The notes beneath the pieces are model-generated. The model was not told where the DNA came from and made no database searches. It saw only the letters and a program-made list of their open reading frames with translations. A stretch of 64,000 nucleotides of DNA from Macrostomum lignano (lineage: Eukaryota), in contig NIVC01000723.1 of NCBI GenBank assembly GCA_002269645.1, positions 124,001-188,000 on the forward strand, read 5' to 3'. Made by a program: the position numbers and the translations under genes. Below, in pieces: positions 1 through 24,900 of this stretch (positions are counted from its first letter, which is position 1; each line of letters starts with the position of its first letter).

Positions 1-269
1 TTGAAACGAAAATTAGCACTGGGCATTTTGGCGCATATTAAGTTTCGCTTGTTATAAATGGCGCTTACTTTTTTTACTTGCTTGGTCGAACTAGTTCATT
101 GCGGCACAGTCTGATTTGAGGCTGTATAAAAATGGTCGTTTAAAAACTTTCATTTTCATATGAAAATATACTTATGCAGAGTCTGATTTAGTCTTGCGAA
201 TTTGCCAATTCTTTCAAAAACTTATACAATCTATTTTCTTTCTCTTATGTTTTTGTCCGTTCTGGTGCC

Positions 270-625
270 AGCCAATCAGCGATGAGCGTCACAGTTTGCT
301 GTTCACTGGAAAATTGTACTCGGCATTGGCTACTTCCTTAGCCAGTTATCGACGAGCGCTACACACAGTTGGCTGTTCACTGTACAATTGGCTACTTCCT
401 TAGCGAATCAGCGATGAGCGCCACACACAGTTGGCTGTTCACTGTACAATTGGCTACTTCCTTAGCCAATCAGCGATGAGCGCCACACACAGTTGGCTGT
501 TCACTGTACAATTGGCTACTTCCTTAGCCAATCAGCGATGAGCGCCACACACAGTTGGCTGTTCACTCTACACTGTTCACTGTACAATTGTACTCGGCAT
601 TGGCTACTTCCAATCCTTAGCCAAT
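270..625. repeat. ~60-bp tandem repeat containing AGCCAATCAG (~5 copies)
   Basis: Unit tagccaatcagcgatgagcgccacacacagttggctgttcactgtacaattggctacttcct. Confidence 0.9.
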
Positions 626-1677
626 TAGTAATGTCAGTCAAGGTAATATTTGAAAAAAATGTTTAATATAGCCGGGCCATCAATGCGATCAAATAGCAAA
701 AGAATGGTGCCACGTTGTATTTATTATTATATAGACATTTTGGCAAATCAAACGCAGACAGTCGCTAAGAGACAAAAAAGCACAAGCTATTCTGTGTAAA
801 ATAGTATGCTCTTATATAATTAGCTAAAATGAAGTTCAAATGACTCATCATGACGTTATAAGCAGTTCAAATGCAGCGTGAAAGCAAAGCGGAAATTTTT
901 TTTCGCAAAAATCAGGTAAGTTTGTTCATTGATCGGGTTGCTGACAGTAGTATATGGGTATAAAAAGCAAAATATATATATTCGCTGAAATCTAAAGTTA
1001 TAAAACTGATGTAGGAGGCATTTTTGCAGTGACGGTATCGCCTCATCCCTGCCAGTCATAAATAGCGTGTTAGAAGGGGTTTGATAAGAAGATCCCCCTG
1101 TGTGCAAGTAGAACGCTGCACTCTCGCTTTTAATATGCATTTTAGAGAAAATAATTTCCCAGTCTTTGAGCGCTTGTAAGTTCGAGTAATTCTGTAGGCC
1201 TTTTTGTGCTTGATGCTGCAAAAACGTTTCACGATTCACGGCTCGTTGAATTGTGAAGTAAACGAAAGCAAATTCAAATTCGCGCCAGAAGGAGGGCGTT
1301 GTTAAACAAAACTTCAATGCCAATAAAATATCTTGTGAAACACACTAAAGAGAAAAATTCTGAAAAGTCACTGTTAAGCTGAAATTCTGAGCTTGTGGTG
1401 AGTTTTTTAAACAGTGTTTCATTTTTTATTAACTAATGCCCGTGTCTTTGTTGAAAATTTGAACTCACGGAACGAAATTGTAAAGGGAATTTATCCAAGG
1501 GCACAGGTTGATGAAAATACAGAACAGCCAAGCAAGCAGAGATAATATCGGAAACTGATTTACTGAATGCTATAAAAAATGCAAAAAAATATTTTGAAGA
1601 TAAATTTTCCCAGATGAAATACTATAAAGATGTTCTTTATTCGGCCTTCAAAAAGCCCTTTTCTTTGCTTCCTAGCC

Positions 1678-16131
<14,454 letters not shown>

Positions 16132-16371
16132 TGAAATTGCACAAAAGTAAACTAATACTGAAGCCTGGATTTTTCAACAGCTTTTCCAGATGCTCCATCA
16201 TGAGAGGCATTTAAGGTCGTCAGCTATATGCATCTTCATTTGACACTGTCTGTGATTGGCTGACGACACTCGTCATCTTGAAGACCACGCAAAACTCCTG
16301 ACTCTCTACTGTATAAAGTAGCATTGTGTGCAAACATTGCTTTTGGTAATCGTTTTGTTTACTTTGTGGTA

Positions 16372-16702
16372 CTGGCGCCTCTGGTGCTGGCGCCTCTGTT
16401 GCTGGCGCCTCTGGTGCTGGCGCCTCTGGTGCTGGCGCCTCTGGTGCTGGCGCCTCTGGTGCTGGCGCCTCTGGTGCTGGCGCCTCTGGTGCTGGCGCCT
16501 CTGGTGCTGGCGCCTCTGGTGCTGGCGCCTCTGGTGCTGGCGCCTCTGGTGCTGGCGCCTCTGGTGCTGGCGCCTCTGGTGCTGGCGCCTCTGGTGCTGG
16601 CGCCTCTGGTGCTGGCGCCTCTGGTGCTGGCGCCTCTGGTGCTGGCGCCTCTGGTGCTGGCGCCTCTGGTGCTGGCGCCTCTGGTGCTGGCGCCTCTGGT
16701 GC
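16372..16702. repeat. 15-bp minisatellite CTGGTGCTGGCGCCT (~22 copies), array 1
   Basis: Near-perfect tandem array between the divergent furin and LOXL starts. Confidence 0.97.
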
Positions 16703-16812
16703 ATCCAATAAAAAGCCTGTCTATAACCCTGAAGAGCCCTAAACCTTAAAGAATTCTTAATAAATTCATTCACCCTTGAGGCGCTCTCTGTCTTGTCTGC
16801 TTTCTCTCGAAC

Positions 16813-16827
16813 GGCGGGAATTTCAAA
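16813..16827 (+). promoter_or_regulatory. E2F/CDE-CHR-like tandem element in the shared furin/LOXL upstream region
   Basis: GGCGG-GAAT-TTCAAA has CDE/CHR-like 4-nt spacing; motif match only. Confidence 0.25.
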
Positions 16828-17077
16828 TAACTTTTCTATGCTCTTTCGGACTCGTCTTTAACTAAGCGCTTTTCAACGCCACACTTTGCCTTTCCCCATA
16901 TGCGTACTTCAGCCTATTGCAAACCAGAGCCAATTGTCTGACTGGAGTGGACAGGCAGACAGACCCATAGGCAACTGAAAGCGCACAGATTCCACAGCAT
17001 GCTCTTTAAAAGCGAGCCCTCAATGAGAGAAGGCGAGAGCATATGAAGAGACAGCAGCGTTAGAAGATTCATACCAA

Positions 17078-20000
17078 ATGCCGATAAGCTGCGAGCAAAG
17101 GGTACCTTTCAAAATACCTGATGGCTTGGTCTGCCAGGTGATCAAATTCGTGTGGCTATGCATCCTGTTAGCGTCATCAAATGCCACTGGAGACGCGCCA
17201 GCAACCGCCGTCAAACTGGTGGACGGATTCAGTAGCAACGAGGGCACCGTTATGCTCCTGTTCAACTCTACTTGGGGCCCGGTCTGCGACGACGGATGGA
17301 ATCTGGATGCCGCATCAGTGGCCTGCCGGCAGGCTGGCTTTGGACCGGCCATGACCTACACTACTGGGAACCGCTACCGTACCCGGCTCAGGGGTGAGTG
17401 GCTGGTCAAGGAGGCTCTGGCGGGTGACGATTGTGAAAAAATGTATGGTATTTATGTGACACCGAGAGAGTGCTTATTATGGACACTACTGGGTTGATGG
17501 GGTGCTTGCTCGCTGCATGGGCCCTAGACTAATAGGGTGGTTCGCTGCATGGACCCTGGATTGATAGGGGTGGGTGCTGCATGGACCCTGGATTGATAGG
17601 GGTCGGTGCTGCATGGACCCTGGATTGATAGGGGTGGGTGCTGCATGGACCCTGGATTGATAGGGGTGTGTACTGCATGTACCCTGGATTGATAAGGGTG
17701 GGTGCTGCATGGACCCTAGGTTGATAGGGGTGGGTGCTGCATGTACCCTGGATTGATAGGGTGTGTGCTATCGATTTCTAGGAATCAAACTACTATAGCA
17801 TTAAAAAACGATCCAACGCAGCCGATGTGATGCACCTGGACGACGTCAGGTGCACTGGTACTGAGACTGCCCTCACTGACTGCCGCAGCCGGCCCCTTGG
17901 GCAGCACGATTGTCGGGCAAATTTTGAGGCAGCCGGTGCTCGCTGCTCGGTGCTGGGACCGTCGAGGACCCCGGCGCCTGATTGGAATCCCTTGCGACTT
18001 GAAGGGGCCAGCCGGGAGTGGCTTGCCAACATGTCTCGGGTGAGCATCAAACCGGGTGTCTTAAAAAATAACCTAAAGTGCTCAAGTTGAAAGAGTTCTC
18101 GAATTGAAAAAGAGCTCAGCGCTGAGATGAATAGTCCTTAGTAATGTTGACAAGCCCCTCCCCCCGCAGTCAACTTTCCGCCTTCAAGGAGTGAGCTACG
18201 GTCACGGCAGCAGCCTTGCAGTCATCGCTGAAGTGTCCAACGGTCCAGCAGGTGCCGTTTGCGTCGACGATGTCACTCTCCGAGAGGCCAACGTCATCTG
18301 CCGACAGCTGGGCGCCGGTCAATACGGCAGGTTTCTGCACTCGGTGGGTTGGAATGTCAAACATTTGCGCTCTGTCTTAGCCATAAAAAGTGATCAACTT
18401 GAAAGTTCCGCTTTTTCAACAGTTCCAAATTTCTGATCTCACGCTCGACGGTCTGACGAACTCGAGCCGACCGGTTCTGTTGCTGGGCAACTGCTTGGGA
18501 AATGAGACTCTGACACGACAGTGCGTTGTCTATAAAAGCAACCGAGGAGTGCCGTGCAAATCTTCGGCGCTAGCTTTGGGTGTCACCTGTACATCAGGTA
18601 ACTGTTAGATGAGGTGAGGTGAGGTGAGGTGAGGTAAATTGAGGTGAGTTGAGAAAGGATGAGATGTGGTGAGGTGAGATGACGTGAGTTGAGGTGAAGT
18701 CGAATGAGACTTAATATCACTTAAAATCATTCGCAGGCCAATAGTTCTGATAGGCTGAATCTTGATTCTCATCCTTTAGACCTACCGGATCTCGTGCCAG
18801 ACACCCAGGCGCTTCAGACTTCTGTCTACCTGGCCAAGGTTCCCTTGTACTACATGGCCTGCGCTCTGGAGGAAAATTGCGCATCGCCGATGGCCTTCGA
18901 GTTGCAGAAAAATGACCCGCGTTAGTACAATATGTTCTTTTAAAGATATGTTTAAAGTTTGCAAACGGATGAATCATACGGGGGTTGGAGAATCGAGGGT
19001 CCAGTACGGCAGCGAGTGAGGTGGCTGGGGAATCGAGGGTCCAGTACGGCAGCGAGTGAGGTGGCTGGGGAATCGAGGGTCCAGTATGACAGGGAGTGAG
19101 GTGGCTGGGGAATCGAGGGTCCAGTATGACAGGGAGTGAGGTGGCTGGGGAATCGAGGGTCCAGTATGACAGGGAGTGAGGTGGCTGGGGAATCGAGGGT
19201 CCAGTATGACAGGGAGTGAGGTGGCTGGGGAATCGAGGGTCCAGTATGACAGGGAGTGAGGTGGCTGGGGAATCGAGGGTCCAGTATGACAGGGAGTGAG
19301 GTGGCTGGGGAATCGAGGGTCCAGTATGACAGGGAGTGAGGTGGCTGGGGAATCGAGGGTCCAGTATGACAGGGAGTGAGGTGGCTGGGGAATCGAGGGT
19401 CCAGTATGACAGGGAGTGAGGTGGCTGGGGAATCGAGGGTCCAGTATGACAGGGAGTGAGGTGGCTGGGGAATCGAGGGTCCAGTATGACAGGGAGTGAG
19501 GTGGCTGGGGAATCGAGGGTCCAGTATGACAGGGAGTGAGGTGGCTGGGGAATCGAGGGTCCAGTATGACAGGGAGTGAGGTGGCTGGGGAATCGAGGGT
19601 CCAGTATGACAGGGAGTGAGGTGGCTGGAGAATCAAAGGTCCAATAGGGCAGGGAGTGAGGTGGCTGGAGAATCGAGGGTCCAGTAGGGCAGGGGTGGCT
19701 GGAGAATTAATGGTCCAGTAGGGCAGGGAGCGAGGTTACTGGATATTGGAGCGTTTTATTTGGATCTGAATTTTGGAGTGGGAGCTAAATTTACCATAAT
19801 TATAAGAGCAAGCTCCTATTTTAACCCTTCAGACTGGCCATTTGCCAACCGCAATCTGCTGAAGTTCTCCAGCATTGTGGCGAACGAGGGCACGCGGGAT
19901 TTTCTTCCCCTGCGGGACACTGGCACCTGGGAGTGGCACCTTTGCCACATGCACTACCACAGTATGGAATACTTTGCTCACTACGAGGTCTATACAAGGT

Positions 20001-21089
20001 AATCACGCTGGATATTATTGCGAGTGTGATTTATGTAGAATTTGTGTAGAATTATGTAGAAAGACTATGGATAAGGACTGTGGATAAAGACTATAGATAG
20101 ACAATGGATAAAGATTGTGGATAAAGACTAAGGATAAAGACTATGGATAAAGACTATGTAAAAATACTATGGTAAAGGCACTGGATAAATACTGAACTCC
20201 ATCGCGGCCCCTCAGACACAATAGAACCCACCAGACCTTCGCCAGCGGTCACAAGGCCAGCTTCTGCCTGGAGGACAATGCCTGTCGTGATGGATCACAA
20301 CCCAGATTCCACTGCAGCCAAGACCCAACAGAGAGAGGAACGCAGGGAATCTCGCCTGGCTGCAAGGACATCTACCTGCACGATCTGGACTGTCAGTGGG
20401 TCGACGTCACCGAGCTGCCCTACGGCCGATACGCATTCCGAGTGGGTTGTTGGTAGTGATCACAATGGTCACAGTGCCCACAATGGTCACAGTGCTCACA
20501 ATGGTCACAGTACTCACAATGGCCACAGTGCCCACAATGGTCACAGTGCCCACAATGGTCACAGTGCTCACAATGGTCACAGTGCCCACAATGGTCACAG
20601 TGCCCACAATGGTCACAGTGCTCACAATGGTCACAGTGCTCACAATGGCCACAGTGCTCACAATGGCCACAGTGCCCACAATGGTCACAGTGCTCACAAT
20701 GGTCACAGTGCTCACAGTAATCACATTGTTCGCAATCGTCACAATTACAAAAGTGCGAAATTTTCAGGGTGGTTGCAGTCATCAACATGGTCGTCATGAC
20801 TATAGTAGTCATGCTGGTCATATAGAATATGAATTAGTCATAGTGGTCATTGTGTGCATGGTTAGTAGTCATAGCGCTGGTCTGTGATTAGTGTTAACAG
20901 TAGAAGTACTCAATTCTGATCAACCTCTATGATCCTGATTTCGATCTTGCATTTCAGCTGGTGGTCAATCCCGAATACCTGGTTGCTGAGGCGAGTTACT
21001 CAAATAACGCAATCATATGCGATCTGTACTACTCAGTGAATCACGTGTCTCTGAGCGGCTGCAGACTGACGCACCCCTTCGAGTACTGA
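17078..21089 (+). CDS. LOXL2: Lysyl oxidase-like protein (2 SRCR domains + LOX catalytic domain), 8 exons, ~515 aa
   Basis: Exons: 17078-17393, 17822-18039, 18170-18343, 18423-18597, 18780-18920, 19833-19998, 20216-20441, 20958-21089. SRCR motifs [22 protein letters not shown] and [11 protein letters not shown]; LOX motifs LPDLVPD, CALEENC, copper-binding [16 protein letters not shown] Lys in [10 protein letters not shown] and LTQ Tyr in [19 protein letters not shown]. The symbol denotes the LOXL2/3/4-like family. Confidence 0.95.
17495..17765. repeat. 32-bp minisatellite in LOXL intron 1
   Basis: Unit gctgcatggaccctggattgataggggtgggt. Confidence 0.9.
18980..19740. repeat. 40-bp minisatellite in LOXL intron 5
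   Basis: Unit gtggctggggaatcgagggtccagtatgacagggagtgag. Confidence 0.95.
20060..20195. repeat. 13-bp degenerate repeat in LOXL intron 6
   Basis: Unit aaagactatggat. Confidence 0.75.
20457..20720. repeat. 18-bp minisatellite at the start of LOXL intron 7
   Basis: Unit cacaatggtcacagtgct. Confidence 0.92.
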
Positions 21090-21206
21090 CGGATAAAAAG
21101 CATCTATATGGGAATACTTATTTCATCTCAGCCAGGGTCTGTCCGCAAGCCACAATCAAAAGAAGAATGCGTATTGCCTTGACGCTGCTGTGACTTTCAA
21201 ATGGCA

Positions 21207-21220
21207 AATAAACAAATAAA
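21207..21220 (+). terminator. AATAAA polyadenylation signals of the LOXL gene
   Basis: Two AATAAA hexamers ~120 nt after the stop codon. Confidence 0.6.
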
Positions 21221-21967
21221 TTGGTGTATTTTCATACTAGTTTTCGTGTTCTTACGAACCTATTCATTGAGAACCTTCTATTTTAAACCAACTGAAACGA
21301 TGCCCCCCCCCTTAGACTGGAATGCCCCGTGGCCAATCACGGTCGAGGGGATGAGTGCTCGGGTGGCGCCTAAATAGGAAGGATGCTTGATCGAGACCGA
21401 GAGAAAGTGTCTCGCAGGCATTAAAAAATCCAGACGGTTCAGAGCAGTACTGCTTGGCAAATGGATCTCGTGACTGGGGTGAGTTGCAAAATTAAAACAA
21501 AGGAGATCGATTTGCATGGGGGATTTCGGTTGCTGCTTTTGCTGTTGATTGAAGGCTCATCGATCCGTACTCATACGAGCCGTAGATACTGCAACACCAG
21601 CACCGTGCTTATTTTTAGCTTTAAGAAATCCTTCCTTTCGTTCTTTGTCTACGTTATAATTGGAGTCGAACCGTACCCTTACTTTGTGCTCAGTTGCAGA
21701 CAGGAAGCTTACTCGAGCCAGTTAGTTATTTTCCGCTCTTGTGTAATAAATATTAAATTAGCTTCAACATTCAAACGAGTGATGAAGCCGGCCACTCCGT
21801 CCCTCTTCCCACTGTTCTCATCTCTCCCTGTCATGTCGTTAAGTCGAACTTTAATAATGTTTACAGCTAATGCCTGTGACTGGGTCTGGGCCCAACTGCA
21901 CAGAATTCGTAATTTGATTGATCTTTGACCCGCTGACCTACTACTCCCGCTGAACCGGCATCTACCG

Positions 21968-24900
21968 ATGAGCTTTGCTACTCTGCCCGCCTCTGTTGAA
22001 CCCAAAATATGAATTGCAGAACTTTTTCTACGCGAACGACACGAGCAGCCTGCCAGCCTATCCGACGCTCGACCACCCGGGAGCCGTCAAGTCCGCCATC
22101 CTGATGCTCATCTTCACATTCTCCCTGGCCAGCAACCTGCGCGCACTCCGCCAGGCCGGCTCGCCGGCCCCGGGGACGCCTGACACCAGCCTCCGCCTGC
22201 TGCTGCTGAACCTCATCGTGGCCGACCTGATGGTCACAGGCTTCTGTCAGTTTGGTAGCGCGGCCTGGATGCTCAGCGTGGAGTTCCACGGCGGCAACGC
22301 GCTGTGCCGGCTGTTCAAGTTCAGCCAGGCGGCTTCGCTCAACTGCAGCACCTACATCACGCTGGTAATTGCTGTCAGCCGGGCCGGCGGGCTCCTCCTG
22401 CCATGGCGCTGGCAGCGACGCCGACGCCGACGCCGTCTAGGAGGTCTCCTCGTCGCGGCGTGGACCGCCGGATTGGCTGTCAGCGTGCCTCAGGTAGGAT
22501 ATCGTCCAATTTGTTTGGCACTATCGACTGTCTAGTAACGTCACGTACTTTGAAATACGTCATCGATCGTGTTTGATGACGTCATAGGTCGTCGGTCGTC
22601 TCGGATTGAGGCATGGCGCAAAATTTTATGTGTGACTAATAGCTTTTTGGCATCATTAAACGTTAAATGACGTCACTGACCACTGATCCGGATTGGCCGG
22701 ATTCAGAGATTTCTACATCTCTGAAAATTATGATACTTCATTGACTTTGCATACCAACTACGAATTTTACTATTCAATCGTTCAAGGTGCTTGGAGACAG
22801 GCGTAATTTGTCATTTGACATGAGACTTATGCTCAAAAACCTAAACCCTGTAGCTGTTCCTATTTGGCGTTGCTCGTGGTCCCTGGTCGCGGAGCTTCCA
22901 CCAGTGCGTCTCCATTGAGTTGCGCCCGATGCCGCCACCCATAGCGGACCACGCGGACCAAATCGTGCTGGGCTGCATGCTGTTCAACCTGACCAGCCAG
23001 TTCCTACTGCCGGCCACCTGCATGTCTGTCTGCTACGCGCTCATTCTCATCCGCATCGTCAAGCACTCCAGGCAGCTGGGTAAGTCTCCATCACCCATGT
23101 ACTGAGCCAAAGAGTTCTTGAAAGGGAATGCAGAGCATTATACCCTTAAATTCCATAGATTCTGACTGTAGACGAGTCTGACTGCAGTTCTCAGTTCACG
23201 CACTGTGCTCACAAATTAGTCAGTGCTTATTTCACGAATTTTAACATTATCATAGCTCACGTGTCGTCGAACAAAGTGAAATTGATGCAACAGGTGGCGC
23301 AACAGGTCGCTTAGGCAGGCAACAGAGGTCGGTACGATCTTGAAGGCGGCGAGCAACACGGAGCAGGCCGTTTTGTTTTTCTGAAATCAATCACATGACT
23401 AGATAGATAGGGACAATTCATTTTTAGTATAGTGGATGTCACAATCGATGACGTCTTTCAAAGTACGTGACCTTATGACACAGTTGATAGTGCCAAACAA
23501 ACTGGAAGATGTCCTACCTGAGGCACGCTGACAGCAAATCCGGCGGTTTACGCCGCGACGTGGAGAAACTTGCCTATATGTTTTGTGAGAAACTGAGAAA
23601 CTGCAGTCAGCCTCATCATGTTCGAGGCCTGACTGGAAAGTGATAACAAGTGTCATCAATATTCAACTGCTTGAAAGCTTGGGTGCCTGGAGGAAAAGAA
23701 ACGGAGGCTCAATTGTTTGCAAAAAAAGTAATTTCCTCTCGACTGAGACACCCCTTCGAAGTGAAATAGAAAAAAATCTGAAAATAAACATATCAGCAGC
23801 AGAAGCCCCCCCCCTCCCAGCAATGAATTCCCTTTTAATCCCGGACGTTCAGTGCACTCCAATTTATTTTCAATCTGCCGTTGTAGCAGAGGTTGTAAGT
23901 CGAGAACTCGCGGAAAGTCAGCCAAAATAAGTTTTTCCGAGTGGATTAAACAGCCTTCTTCCTTCTGTGTGCCATCTCTCTGAAAGGAACGGATTATGCA
24001 TGTCCAAGCAGAGGTTCTGGCTCTCGTATGAGTTACAATTGTGAGGTTTGCGTGTGAGGTTAGACCTTCGTGCTTGTGTTTGTTATTTTATTCCTTTATT
24101 TGGTCACGTGTGGCTCTGTATATTTTAACCTCTGCCCGTCAGGGGGTGAGTAGTTTTTATTCTAATCGTTATTCTAAATAATTATTGCATTTGATGAGTA
24201 AATGGTTATTGCACTAGCCGAGACATGGATTTTTGCACTACCTGAGAAAGCGATTATTGCATTAGCTGAGGAAATAGTTGCACTAGCTACTTGCTGTCTG
24301 GTGGATGCTTGCTATCTGGGGGATAATTGCTATCTGGGGGATACTTGCTATCTGGGGGATACTTGCTATCTGGAGGATATTTGTTATCTGGGGGATACTT
24401 GCTATCGTTGCTTGCTTGCTCTCGGGGGGGGGGTATATGCTATCTGATGGGGGCAATGCTTACTATTAAGTGCTTGCTATCGGGGAGGGAAAGGGGAGGT
24501 ACTTGCTATCTAGAGTTGCTTGCTATATTGGGGTTGCTTGCTATGCTTGTAATCTGGGGTTGCTTGCTATCGGGGGATGCTTGTTATCTGGGTGATGTTT
24601 TCTGTCTTTGCGAAGGATTTATTTTGTTGCCCCTTTGTTACTTAAAAAAATATTCATGGTCTGTGACAAGTTTACTCAAATAAACTGAAAAAGGAATTGG
24701 TTCTTAAGAAAATGTGCTTTTTAATGAATTTGGATGAATTTGGATTTTTACTCCTTGCTTCTTGCAAGGGGGGCACTAGATTTCTTTAGTTATTCTATTG
24801 CTGACAATTCATAAATTTAATGCCATATCTACATGTATCATCAATGCCAAATATACTTCGTTTACTTTGTCCTTCATTCTCCGGCTCCACAGTGGTGGCA

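Noticed and set aside
856-1323. 155-aa minus-strand ORF
   Set aside because: AT-rich, TTG start, no recognisable motif or splice pairing; cannot be supported as a gene.
20278-20887. His-rich (HNGHSA)n and Cys/His-rich (CEHCDH)n ORFs resembling metal-binding proteins
   Set aside because: 18-bp repeat inside LOXL intron 7, whose flanking exons splice cleanly.
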